64,000 nucleotides of DNA from Eledone cirrhosa (lineage: Eukaryota): NCBI GenBank assembly GCA_964016885.1, contig OZ024744.1, positions 13,826,001 through 13,890,000 on the forward strand. Direction: 5' to 3'. The notes beneath the pieces were generated by a model. It was not told the DNA's origin and did no database searches. It saw nothing but the letters and a program-made list of their open reading frames with translations. Below are positions 50,947 through 64,000 of this stretch, piece after piece (positions within the stretch are counted from its first letter, which is position 1; each line of letters opens with the position of its first letter). The position numbers and the translations under genes are program-made.

Positions 50947-53900
50947 ACTCTCTAAATTGAGAGATCACAACTCCTATACTATGGACATGGGGTTAGAATG
51001 TCTCAGTAGATCAGAGTGTCACTCCAGTTAAAGCCACTCTCTAAATTGAGAGATCACAACTCCCAAACTATGGACATGTCGTTAGAATGTCTCAGTAGAT
51101 CAGAGAGTCACTCCAGTTAAAGCCACTCTCTAAATAGAGAGATCACAACTCCAATACTATGGACATGGGGTTTGAATGTCTCAGTAGATCAGAGAGTCAC
51201 TCCAGTTAAAGCTACTCTCTAAATTGAGAGATCGCAACTCCAATACTATGGACATGGGGTTTGAATGTCTCAGTAGATCAGAGAGTCACTCCAGTTAAAG
51301 CCACTCTCTAAATTGAGAGATCACAACTCCAATACTATGGTCATGTGGTTAGAATGCCTTAGTAGATCAGAGAGTCACTCCAGTTAAAGCTACTCTCTAA
51401 ATTGAGAGATCACAACTCCAATACTATGGACATGGGGTTTGAATGTCTCAGTAGATCAGAGTGTCACTCCAGTTAAAGCTACTCTCTAAATTGAGAGATC
51501 ACAACTCCAATACTATGGACATGGGGTTTGAAAGTCTCAGTAGATCAGAGAGTCATTCCAGTTAAAGCCACTAATTCTCTAAATTGAGAGATCACAACTC
51601 CAATACTATGGACATGTGGTTAGAATGTCTCAGTAGATTAGAGAGTCACTCCAGTTAAAGCCACTCTCTAAATTGAGAGATCATAACTTCCATACTATGG
51701 ACATGTGGTTAGAATGTCTCAGTAGATCAGAGAGTCACTCCAGTTAAAGCCACTCTCTAAATTGAGAGATCACAACTCCCTAACTATGGACATATGGTTA
51801 GAATGTCTCAGTAGATCAGAGAGTCACTCCAGTTAAAGCCACTCTTTAAATTGAGAGATCACAACTCCCATACTCTGGACGTGTGGTTAGAATGTCTCAG
51901 TACATCAGAGAATCACTCCAGTTAAAACTACTCTCTAAATTGAGAGATCACAACTCCCATACTATGGACGTGTGGTTAGAATGTCTTAGTAGATCAGAGA
52001 GTCACTCCAGTTAAAGCTACTCTCTAAATTGAGAGATCACAACTCCCATACTATGGACATGTGGTTAGAATGTCTCAGTAGATCAGAGAGTCACTCCAGT
52101 TAAAGCCACTCTCTAAATTGAGAGATCACAACTCCCATACTATGGACATGTGGTTAGAATGTCTCAGTAGATCAGAGAGTCACTCCAGTTAAAGCTACTC
52201 TCTAAATTGAGAGATCACAACTCCTATACTATGAACATGGGGTTAGAATGTCTCAGTAGATCAGAGAGTCACTCCAGTTAAAGCCACTCTCTAAATTGAG
52301 AGATCACAACTCGAATACTATGGACATGGGGTTTGAATGTCTCAGTACATCTGAGTGTCACTCCAGTTAAAGTTACTCTCTAAATTGAGAGATCACAACT
52401 CCAATACTATGGACATGGGGTTTCAATGTCTCAGTAGATCAGAGAGTCACTCCAGTTAAAGCCACACTCTAAATTGAGAGATCACAACTCCAATACTATG
52501 GACATGTGATTAGAATGTCTCAGTAGATCAGAGTGTCACTCCAGTTAAAGCTACTCTCTAAATTGGGAGATTACAACTCCAATACTATGGACATGGGGTT
52601 TGAATGTCTCAGTAGATCAGAGAGTCGCTCAAGTTAAAGCCACTCTCTAAATTGAGAGATCACAACTCCCATACTATGGACGTGTGGTTAGAATGTCTCA
52701 GTAGATCAGAGAATCACTCCAGTTAAAGCTACTCTCTAAATTGAGAGATCACATCTCCCATACTATGGACATGTGGTTAGAATGTCTCAGTAGATTAGAC
52801 TGTCATTCGAGTTAAAGCTACTCTCGAAATTGAGAGATCACAACTCCCATACTATTGACATGTGGGTAGATTGTCTCAGTAGATCATAGAATCACTCCAG
52901 TTAAAGCCACTAATTCTCTAAATTGAGAGATCACAACTTCCATACTATGGACATGTGGTTAGAATGTCTCAGTAGATCAGAGAGTCACTCTTGTTAAAGC
53001 TACTCTCTAAATTGAGAGATCACAACTCCTATACTATGGACATGTGGTTAGAATGTCTCAGTAGATCAGAGTTCACTCCAGTTAAAGCCACTCTCTAAAT
53101 TGAGAGACCACAACTCCTATACTATGGACATGGGGTTTGAATGTCTCAGTAGATCAGAGTGTCAATCCAGTTAAAGTTACTCTCTAAATTGAGAGATCAC
53201 AACTCCCATACTATGGACGTGTGGTTAGAATGTCTCAGTAGATCAGAGAATCACTCCAGTTAAAGCTACTCTCTAAATTGAGAGATCACATCTCCCATAC
53301 TATGGACATGTGGTTAGAATGTCTCAGTAGATTAGAGTGTCATTCGAGTTAAAGCTACTCTCGAAATTGAGAGATCACAACTCCCATACTATTGACATGT
53401 GGGTAGAATGTCTCAGTAGATCAGAGAGTCACTCCAGTTAAAGCCACTAATTCTCTAAATTGAGAGATCACAACTCCCATACTATGGACATGTGGTTAGA
53501 ATGTCTCAGTAGATCAGAGAGTCACTCCAGTTAAAGCTACTCTCTAAATTGAGAGATCACAACTCCAATACCATGGACATGGGGTTTGAAAGTCTCAGTA
53601 GATCAGAGTTTCACTCCAGTTAAAGCTACTCTCTAGATTGAGAGATTACAACTCCAATACTATGGACATGGGGTTTGAAAGTCTCAGTAGATCAGAGTGT
53701 CACTCCAGTTAAAGCTACTCTCTAAATTGAGAGTTTAAAACTCCAATACTATGGACATGTGGTTAGAATGTCTCAGTAGATTAGAGAGTCACTCCAGTTA
53801 AAGCCACTCTCTAAATTGAGAGATCACAACTCCAATACTATGGACATGTGATTAGAATGTCTCAGTAGATTAGAGAGTCACTCCAGTTAAAGCCACTCTC

Positions 53901-54080
53901 CAAATTGAGAGATCACAACTCCAATACTATGGACATGGGGTTTGAATGTCTCAGTAGATCAGAGAGTCACTCCAGTTAAAGCTACTCTCTAAATTGAGAG
54001 ATCACAACTCCCATACTATGGACATGGGGTTAGAATGTCTCAGTAGATCAGAGAGTCATTCCAGTTAAAGCCACTCTCTA
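47465..54080. repeat. Near-exact tandem duplication of 3482 bp (39 monomers): 47465-50946 and 50947 to about 54080
   Basis: Private markers ATCGCAAC (47751/51233) and CATATGG (48311/51793), plus GCCACACTC (48979/52461), are all +3482. The second copy loses about 4 monomers at about 53938. Confidence 0.9.
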
Positions 54081-57000
54081 AATTGAGAGATCACAACTCC
54101 CTAACTATGGACATGTGGTTAGAACGTCTCAGTAGATCAGAGAGTCACTCCAGTTAAAGTCACTCTCTAAATTGAGAGATCACAACTCCCATACTCTGGA
54201 CGTGTGGTTAGAATGTCTCAGTACATCAGAGAATCACTCCAGTTAAAACTACTCTCTAAATTGAGAGATAACAACTCCCATACTATGGGCATGTGGTTAG
54301 AATGTCTTAGTAGATCAGAGAGTCACTCCAGTTAAAGCTACTCTCTAAATTGAGAGATCACAACTCCAATACTATGGACATGTGTTTAGAATGTCTCAGT
54401 AGATCAGAGTGTCACTCCAGTTAAAGCTACTCTCTAAATTGAGAGATTACAGCTCCAATACTATGGACATGGGGTTTGAATGTCTCAGTAGATCAGAGAG
54501 TCACTCCAGTTAAAGCTACTCTCTAAATTGAGAGATCACAACTCCTATACTATGAACATGTGGTTAGAATGTCTCAGTAGATCAGAGAATCACTCCAGTT
54601 AAAGCTACTCTCTAAATTGAGAGATCACAACTCCTATACTATGGACATGGGGTTAGAATGTCTCAGTAGATCAGAGTGTCACTCCAGTTAAAGCCACTCT
54701 CTAAATTGAGAGATCACAACTCCCAAACTATGGACATGTCGTTAGAATGTCTCAGTAGATCAGAGAGTCACTCCAGTTAAAGCCACTCTCTAAATAGAGA
54801 GATCACAACTCCAATACTATGGACATGGGGTTTGAATGTCTCAGTAGATCAGAGAGTCACTCCAGTTAAAGCTACTCTCTAAATTGAGAGATCACAACTC
54901 CAATACTATGGACATGGGGTTTGAATGTCTCAGTAGATCAGAGAGTCACTCCAGTTAAAGCCACTCTCTAAATTGAGAGATCACAACTCCAATACTATGG
55001 TCATGTGGTTAGAATGCCTCAGTAGATCAGAGAGTCACTCCAGTTAAAGCCACTCTCTAAATTGAGAGGTCACAACTCCAATACTATGGACATGGGATTT
55101 GAAAGTCTCAGTAGATCAGAGTGTCACTCCAGTTAAAGCTACTCTCTAAATTGAGAGATTACAACTCCAATACTATGGACATGGGGTTTGAATGTCTCAG
55201 TAGATCAGAGAGTCACTCCAGTTAAAGCTACTCTCTAAATTGAGAGATCACAACTCCAATACTATGGACATGGGGTTTGAAAGTCTCAGTAGATCAGAGT
55301 GTCACTCCAGTTAAAGCTACTCTCTAAATTGAGAGATCACAACTCCAATACTATGGACACGTGATTAGAATGTCTCAGTAGATTAGAGAGTCACTCCAGT
55401 TAAAGCCACTCTCTGAATTGAGAGATCACAACTCCAATACTATGGACATGTGGTTAGAAAGTCTCAGTAGATCAGAGTGTCACTCCAGTTAAAGGTAATC
55501 TCTAAATTGAGAGATCACAACTCCAATACTATGGACATGGGGTTTGAATGTCTCAGTAGATCAGAGTGTCACTCCAGTTAAAGCTACTCTCTAAATTGAG
55601 AGATCACAACTCCAATACTATGGACATGGGGTTTGAATGTCTCAGTAGATCAGAGAGTCACTTCAGTTAAAGCTACCCTCTAAATTGAGAGATCACAACT
55701 CCAATAGTATGGACATGGGGTTTGAAAGTCTCAGTAGATCAGAGTGTCACTCCAGTTAAAGCTACTCTCTAAATTGAGAGATTGCAACTCCAATACTATG
55801 GACATGTGGTTAGAAAGTCTCGGTAGATTAGAGAGTCACTCCAGTTAAAGCCACTCTCTAAATTGAGAGATCATAACTTCCATACTATGGACATGTGGTT
55901 AGAATGTCTCAGTAGATCAGAGAGTCACTCCAGTTAAAGCCAGTCTCTAAATTGAGAGATCACAACTTGAATACTATGGACATGGGGTTTGAATGTCTCA
56001 GTAGATCAGAGTGTCACTCCAGTTAAAGTTACTCTCTAAATTGAGAGATCACAACTCCAATACTATGGACATGGGGTTTGAATGTCTCAGAAGATCAGAG
56101 AGTCACTCCAGTTAAAGCCACTCTCTAAATTGAGAGATCACAACTCCAATACTATGGACATGTGGTTAGAATGTCTCAGTAGATCAGAGTGTCACTCCAG
56201 TTAAAGCTACTCTCTAAATTGAGAGATTACAACTCCAATACTATGGACATGGGGTTTGAATGTCTCAGTAGATCAGAGAGTCACTCCAGTTAAAGCCTCT
56301 CTCTAAATTGAGAGATCACAACTCCCATACTATGGACGTGTGGTTAGAATGTCTCAGTAGATCAGAGAATCACTCCAGTTAAAGCTACTCTCTAAATTGA
56401 GAGATCACAACTCCCTAACTATGGACATGTGGTTAGAATGTCTGAGTAGATCAGAGAGTCACTCCAGTTAAAGCCACTCTCTAAATTGAGAGATCACAAC
56501 TCCCATACTCTGGACGTGTGGTTAGAATGTCTCAGTACATCAGAGAATCACTCCAGTTAAAGCTACTCTCTAAATTGAGAGATCACATCTCCCATACTAT
56601 GGACATGTGGTTAGAATGTCTCAGTAGATTAGACTGTCATTCGAGTTAAAGCTACTCTCGAAATTGAGAGATCACAACTCCCATACTATTGACATGTGGG
56701 TAGATTGTCTCAGTAGATCATAGAATCACTCCAGTTAAAGCCACTAATTCTCTAAATTGAGAGATCACAACTTCCATACTATGGACATGTGGTTAGAATG
56801 TCTCAGTAGATCAGAGAGTCACTCTTGTTAAAGCTACTCTCTAAATTGAGAGATCACAACTCCTATACTATGGACATGTGGTTAGAATGTCTCAGTAGAT
56901 CAGAGTTCACTCCAGTTAAAGCCACTCTCTAAATTGAGAGACCACAACTCCTATACTATGGACATGGGGTTTGAATGTCTCAGTAGATCAGAGTGTCAAT

Positions 57001-60000
57001 CCAGTTAAAGTTACTCTCTAAATTGAGAGATCACAACTCCCATACTATGGACGTGTGGTTAGAATGTCTCAGTAGATCAGAGAATCACTCCAGTTAAAGC
57101 TACTCTCTAAATTGAGAGATCACAACTCCCTAACTATGGACATGTGGTTAGAATGTCTGAGTAGATCAGAGAGTCACTCCAGTTAAAGCCACTCTCTAAA
57201 CTGAGAGATCACAACTCCCATACTCTGGACGTGTGGTTAGAATGTCTCAGTACATCAGAGAATCACTCCAGTTAAAGCTACTCTCTAAATTGAGAGATCA
57301 CATCTCCCATACTATGGACATGTGGTTAGAATGTCTCAGTAGATTAGACTGTCATTCGAGTTAAAGCTACTCTCGAAATTGAGAGATCACAACTCCCATA
57401 CTATTGACATGTGGGTAGATTGTCTCAGTAGATCATAGAATCACTCCAGTTAAAGCCACTAATTCTCTAAATTGAGAGATCACAACTTCCATACTATGGA
57501 CATGTGGTTAGAATGTCTCAGTAGATCAGAGAGTCACTCTTGTTAAAGCTACTCTCTAAATTGAGAGATCACAACTCCTATACTATGGACATGTGGTTAG
57601 AATGTCTCAGTAGATCAGAGTTCACTCCAGTTAAAGCCACTCTCTAAATTGAGAGACCACAACTCCTATACTATGGACATGGGGTTTGAATGTCTCAGTA
57701 GATCAGAGTGTCAATCCAGTTAAAGTTACTCTCTAAATTGAGAGATCACAACTCCCATACTATGGACGTGTGGTTAGAATGTCTCAGTAGATCAGAGAAT
57801 CACTCCAGTTAAAGCTACTCTCTAAATTGAGAGATCACATCTCCCATACTATGGACATGTGGTTAGAATGTCTCAGTAGATTAGAGTGTCATTCGAGTTA
57901 AAGCTACTCTCGAAATTGAGAGATCACAACTCCCATACTATTGACATGTGGGTAGAATGTCTCAGTAGATCAGAGAGTCACTCCAGTTAAAGCCACTAAT
58001 TCTCTAAATTGAGAGATCACAACTCCCATACTATGGACATGTGGTTAGAGTGTCTCAGTAGATCAGAGAGTCACTCCAGTTAAAGCTACTCTCTAAATTG
58101 AGAGATCACAACTCCAATACCATGGACATGGGGTTTGAAAGTCTCAGTAGATCAGAGTTTCACTCCAGTTAAAGCTACTCTCTAGATTGAGAGATTACAA
58201 CTCCAATACTATGGACATGGGGTTTGAAAGTCTCAGTAGATCAGAGTGTCACTCCAGTTAAAGCTACTCTCTAAATTGAGAGTTTAAAACTCCAATACTA
58301 TGGACATGTGGTTAGAATGTCTCAGTAGATTAGAGAGTCACTCCAGTTAAAGCCACTCTCTAAATTGAGAGATCACAACTCCAATACTATGGACATGTGA
58401 TTAGAATGTCTCAGTAGATTAGAGAGTCACTCCAGTTAAAGCCACTCTCCAAATTGAGAGATCACAACTCCAATACTATGGACATGTGGTTAGAATGTCT
58501 CAGTAGATCAGAGAGTCACTCCAGTTAAAGCCACTCTCTAAATTGAGAGATCACAACTCGAATACTATGGACATGGGGTTTGAATGTCTCAGTACATCAG
58601 AGTGTCACTCCAGTTAAAGCTACTCTCTAAATTGAGAGATCACAACTCCAATACTATGGACATGGGGTTTAAATGTCTCAGTAGATCAGAGAGTCACTCC
58701 AGTTAAAGCCACTCTCTAAATTGAGAGATCACAACTCCAATACTATGGACATGTGTTTAGAATGTCTCAGTAGATCAGAGTGTCACTCCAGTTAAAGCTA
58801 CTCTCTAAATTGAGAGATTACAACTCCAATACTATGGACATGGGGTTTGAATGTCTCAGTAGATCAGAGAGTCACTCCAGTTAAAGCTACTCTCTAAATT
58901 GAGAGATCACAACTCCCATACTATGGACATGGGGTTAGAATGTCTCAGTAGATCAGAGAGTCATTCCAGTTAAAGCCACTCTCTAAATTGAGAGATCACA
59001 ACTCCCATACTATGGACGTGTGGTTAGAATGTCTCAGTAGATCAGAGAATCACTCCAGTTAAAGCTACTCTCTAAATTGAGAGATCACAACTCCCTAACT
59101 ATGGACATGTGGTTAGAACGTCTCAGTAGATCAGAGAGTCACTCCAGTTAAAGTCACTCTCTAAATTGAGAGATCACAACTCCCATACTCTGGACGTGTG
59201 GTTAGAATGTCTCACTACATCAGAGAATCACTCCAGTTAAAACTACTCTCTAAATTGAGAGATAACAACTCCCATACTATGGGCATGTGGTTAGAATGTC
59301 TTAGTAGATCAGAGAGTCACTCCAGTTAAAGCTACTCTCTAAATTGAGAGATCACAACTCCAATACTATGGACATGTGTTTAGAATGTCTCAGTAGATCA
59401 GAGTGTCACTCCAGTTAAAGCTACTCTCTAAATTGAGAGATTACAACTCCAATACTATGGACATGGGGTTAGAATGTCTCAGTAGATCAGAGTGTCACTC
59501 CAGTTAAAGCCACTCTCTAAATTGAGAGATCACAACTCCCAAACTATGGACATGTCGTTAGAATGTCTCAGTAGATCAGAGAGTCACTCCAGTTAAAGCC
59601 ACTCTCTAAATAGAGAGATCACAACTCCAATACTATGGACATGGGGTTTGAATGTCTCAGTAGATCAGAGAGTCACTCCAGTTAAAGCTACTCTCTAAAT
59701 TGAGAGATCACAACTCCAATACTATGGACATGGGGTTTGAATGTCTCAGTAGATCAGAGAGTCACTCCAGTTAAAGCCACTCTCTAAATTGAGAGATCAC
59801 AACTCCAATACTATGGTCATGTGGTTAGAATGCCTCAGTAGATCAGAGAGTCACTCCAGTTAAAGCCACTCTCTAAATTGAGAGGTCACAACTCCAATAC
59901 TATGGACATGGGATTTGAAAGTCTCAGTAGATCAGAGTGTCACTCCAGTTAAAGCTACTCTCTAAATTGAGAGATTACAACTCCAATACTATGGACATGG

Positions 60001-63000
60001 GGTTTGAATGTCTCAGTAGATCAGAGAGTCACTCCAGTTAAAGCTACTCTCTAAATTGAGAGATCACAACTCCAATACTATGGACATGGGGTTTGAAAGT
60101 CTCAGTAGATCAGAGTGTCACTCCAGTTAAAGCTACTCTCTAAATTGAGAGATCACAACTCCAATACTATGGACACGTGATTAGAATGTCTCAGTAGATT
60201 AGAGAGTCACTCCAGTTAAAGCCACTCTCTGAATTGAGAGATCACAACTCCAATACTATGGACATGTGGTTAGAAAGTCTCAGTAGATCAGAGTGTCACT
60301 CCAGTTAAAGGTAATCTCTAAATTGAGAGATCACAACTCCAATACTATGGACATGGGGTTTGAATGTCTCAGTAGATCAGAGTGTCACTCCAGTTAAAGC
60401 TACTCTCTAAATTGAGAGATCACAACTCCAATACTATGGACATGGGGTTTGAATGTCTCAGTAGATCAGAGAGTCACTTCAGTTAAAGCTACCCTCTAAA
60501 TTGAGAGATCACAACTCCAATAGTATGGACATGGGGTTTGAAAGTCTCAGTAGATCAGAGTGTCACTCCAGTTAAAGCTACTCTCTAAATTGAGAGATCA
60601 CAACTCCAATACTATGGACACGTGATTAGAATGTCTCAGTACATCAGAGAATCACTCCAGTTAAAACTACTCTCTAAATTGAGAGATCACAACTCCCATA
60701 CTATGGACATGTGGTTAGAATGTCTCAGTAGATCAGAGAGTCACTCCAGTTAAAGCCACTCTCTAAATTGAGAGATCACAACTCCCATACTATGGACATG
60801 TGGTTAGAATGTCTCAGTAGATCAGAGAGTCACTCCAGTTAAAGCTACTCTCTAAATTGAGAGATCACAACTCCTATAATATGAACATGGGGTTAGAATG
60901 TCTCAGTAGATCAGAGTGTCACTCCAGTTAAAGCCACTCTCTAAATTGAGAGATCACAACTCCCATACTATGGACATGTGGTTAGAATGTCTCAGTAGAT
61001 CAGAGAGCCACTCCAGTTAAAGCTACTCTCTAAATTGAGAGATCACAACTCCAAAACTATGGACATGTGGTTAGAATGTCTCAGTAGATCAGAGAGTCAT
61101 TCCAGTTAAAGCCACTCTCTAAATTGAGAGATCACAACTCCCGTACTATGGAAGTGTGGTTAGAATGTCTCAGTAGATCAGAGAATCACTCCAGTTAAAG
61201 CTACTCTCTAAATTGAGAGATCACATCTCCCATACTATGGACATGTGGTTAGAATGTCTCAGTAGATCAGAGAGTCACTCTTGTTAAAGCTACTCTCTAA
61301 ATTGAGAGATCACAACTCCTATACTATGGACATGGGGTTAGAATGTCTCAGTAGATCAGAGTGTCACTCCAGTTAAAGCCACTCTCTAAATTGAGAGATC
61401 ACAACTCCCAAACTATGGACATGTCGTTAGAATGTCTCAGTAGATCAGAGAGTCACTCCAGTTAAAGCCACTCTCTAAATAGAGAGATCACAACTCCAAT
61501 ACTATGGACATGGGGTTTGAAAGTCTCAGTAGATTAGAGTGTCACTCCAGTTAAAGCTACTCTCTAAATTGAGAGATCACAACTCCAATACTATGGACAT
61601 GGGGTTTGAATGTCTCAGTAGATCAGAGTGTCACTCCAGTTAAAGCTACTCTCTAAATTGAGAGATCACAACTCCAATACTATGGACATGGGGTTTGAAA
61701 GTCTCAGTAGATCAGAGAGTCATTCCAGTTAAAGCCACTAATTCTCTAAATTGAGAGATCACAACTTCCATACTATGGACATGTGGTTAGAATGTCTCAG
61801 TAGATCAGAGAGTCACTCCAGTTAAAGCCACTCTCTAAATTGAGAGATCACAACTCCAATACTATGGACATGTGGTTAGAATGTCTCAGTAGATCAGAGA
61901 GTCACTCCAGTTAAAGCTACTCTCTAAATTGAGAGATTACAACTCCAATACTATGGACATGGGGTTTGAATGTCTCAGTAGATCAGAGAGTCACTGCAGT
62001 TAAAGCTACTCTCTAAATTGAGAGATCACAACTCCCATACTATGGACATGGGGTTAGAATGTCTCAGTAGATCAGAGAGTCATTCCAGTTAAAGCCACTC
62101 TCTAAATTGAGAGATCACAACTCCCATACTATGGACGTGTGGTTAGAATGTCTCAGTAGATCAGAGAATCACTCCAGTTAAAGCTACTCTCTAAATTGAG
62201 AGATCACAACTCCCTAACTATGGACATGTGGTTAGAACGTCTCAGTAGATCAGAGAGTCACTCCAGTTAAAGTCACTCTCTAAATTGAGAGATCACAACT
62301 CCCATACTCTGGACGTGTGGTTAGAATGTCTCAGTACATCAGAGAATCACTCCAGTTAAAACTACTCTCTAAATTGAGAGATAACAACTCCCATACTATG
62401 GGCATGTGGTTAGAATGTCTTAGTAGATCAGAGAGTCACTCCAGTTAAAGCTACTCTCTAAATTGAGAGATCACAACTCCAATACTATGGACATGTGTTT
62501 AGAATGTCTCAGTAGATCAGAGTGTCACTCCAGTTAAAGCTACTCTCTAAATTGAGAGATTACAACTCCAATACTATGGACATGGGGTTTGAATGTCTCA
62601 GTAGATCAGAGAGTCACTCCAGTTAAAGCTACTCTCTAAATTGAGAGATCACAACTCCTATACTATGAACATGTGGTTAGAATGTCTCAGTAGATCAGAG
62701 AATCACTCCAGTTAAAGCTACTCTCTAAATTGAGAGATCACAACTCCTATACTATGGACATGGGGTTAGAATGTCTCAGTAGATCAGAGTGTCACTCCAG
62801 TTAAAGCCACTCTCTAAATTGAGAGATCACAACTCCCAAACTATGGACATGTCGTTAGAATGTCTCAGTAGATCAGAGAGTCACTCCAGTTAAAGCCACT
62901 CTCTAAATAGAGAGATCACAACTCCAATACTATGGACATGGGGTTTGAATGTCTCAGTAGATCAGAGAGTCACTCCAGTTAAAGCTACTCTCTAAATTGA

Positions 63001-64000
63001 GAGATCACAACTCCAATACTATGGACATGGGGTTTGAATGTCTCAGTAGATCAGAGAGTCACTCCAGTTAAAGCCACTCTCTAAATTGAGAGATCACAAC
63101 TCCAATACTATGGTCATGTGGTTAGAATGCCTCTGTAGATCAGAGAGTCACTCCAGTTAAAGCCACTCTCTAAATTGAGAGATCACAACTCCAATACTAT
63201 GGACATGGGATTTGAAAGTCTCAGTAGATCAGAGTGTCACTCCAGTTAAAGCTACTCTCTAAATTGAGAGATTACAACTCCAATACTATGGACATGGGGT
63301 TTGAATGTCTCAGTAGATCAGAGAGTCACTCCAGTTAAAGCTACTCTCTAAATTGAGAGATCACAACTCCAATACTATGGACACGTGATTAGAATGTCTC
63401 AGTAGATTAGAGAGTCACTCCAGTTAAAGCCACTCTCTGAATTGAGAGATCACAACTCCAATACTATGGACATGTGGTTAGAAAGTCTCAGTAGATCAGA
63501 GTGTCACTCCAGTTAAAGGTAATCTCTAAATTGAGAGATCACAACTCCAATACTATGGACATGGGGTTTGAATGTCTCAGTAGATCAGAGTGTCACTCCA
63601 GTTAAAGCTACTCTCTAAATTGAGAGATCACAACTCCAATACTATGGACATGGGGTTTGAATGTCTCAGTAGATCAGAGAGTCACTTCAGTTAAAGCTAC
63701 CCTCTAAATTGAGAGATCACAACTCCAATAGTATGGACATGGGGTTTGAAAGTCTCAGTAGATCAGAGTGTCACTCCAGTTAAAGCTACTCTCTAAATTG
63801 AGAGATTACAACTCCAATACTATGGACATGTGGTTAGAAAGTCTCGGTAGATTAGAGAGTCACTCCAGTTAAAGCCACTCTCTAAATTGAGAGATCATAA
63901 CTTCCATACTATGGACATGTGGTTAGAATGTCTCAGTAGATCAGAGAGTCACTCCAGTTAAAGCCAGTCTCTAAATTGAGAGATCACAACTTGAATACTA
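54080..64000. repeat. Three further copies of a ~20-monomer variant cassette also present at 38460-40500 and partly at 46940-47900
   Basis: AAAGTCACTC occurs at 38540, 47017, 54159, 59153 and 62272. It is followed in order by GATAAC/TATGGGC, GTGTTTAG and GGTCATG/ATGCC, and, in all but the 47017 copy, by GGGATTT, AAGGTAATC and GCTACCC/AATAGTA. Confidence 0.8.
56299..57839. repeat. Tandem duplication of 715 bp (8 monomers)
   Basis: TCTGAG 56441/57156 and TAGATTGTC 56701/57416 are +715 = 8x89 + 4 - 1. One visible difference is TAAACTG at about 57201. Confidence 0.9.

Larger units (their letters stand above)
1..64000. repeat. Tandem satellite DNA array, 89-bp monomer, about 717 full copies plus a partial copy, single orientation, running off both window edges
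   Basis: TAAATTG recurs at 1, 90, 179, 268, 357 and so on (period 89) through to 63972. Monomers differ from the consensus by only a few substitutions. Length variants are 93 bp (AATT insertion, about 41 copies), 88 bp (GAGTTCAC, about 20 copies) and a few +1 homopolymer variants. No non-repeat sequence was seen. Confidence 0.99.

Noticed and set aside
36900-61700. A regular ~20-kb super-period (offsets 20079-20613 on the right, 20085-20440 on the left)
   Set aside because: The similar offsets arise from different sums of independent smaller duplications, and the left and right domains do not share private markers, so this is probably coincidence.
1-64000. CRISPR array or CRISPR-like repeat-spacer system
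   Set aside because: The whole 89-bp unit repeats. There are no unique spacers, no leader and no cas genes; variation is limited to point changes and tiny indels.
1-64000. Repetitive protein-coding ORF
   Set aside because: The consensus has plus-strand stops at monomer positions 1, 6, 42, 55 and 77 (all three frames) and minus-strand stops at 13, 27 and 41 among others (all three frames). 89 is also not a multiple of 3.
1-64000. Inversion or embedded transposon within the array
   Set aside because: Reading through, all monomers are in the same orientation and phase is preserved apart from 1-4-bp indels. No foreign sequence was seen, although a very short insert could be missed by eye.

Overview
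The whole 64-kb window is one uninterrupted, head-to-tail satellite DNA array of an 89-bp monomer (about 717 complete copies by hand count, about 40% GC, no CpG in the consensus). Consensus: TAAATTGAGAGATCACAACTCC(C/A)ATACTATGGACATG(T/G)GGTT(A/T)GAATGTCTCAGTAGATCAGAG(A/T)GTCACTCCAGTTAAAGC(T/C)ACTCTC. I found no genes, RNA genes, CRISPR spacers, transposon insertions or inversions, and the consensus has stop codons in all six frames. It looks like eukaryotic heterochromatic, possibly (peri)centromeric, satellite; I cannot name the family or organism. The informative structure lies in the variants. (1) Rare variants reveal nested higher-order repeats and tandem duplications of about 0.7, 1.9, 2.3-2.7, 2.95, 3.5, 3.75, 4.1, 5.2 and 12 kb. 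(2) The left and right halves carry different private variants. (3) The monomer is built from two diverged 35-38-bp subrepeats and is dense in short dyads. (4) Many recurrent variants, including multi-base ones, convert imperfect inverted repeats into perfect ones. All offsets were derived by eye from marker variants and should be confirmed computationally. I see no evidence of a gene-encoded system here.
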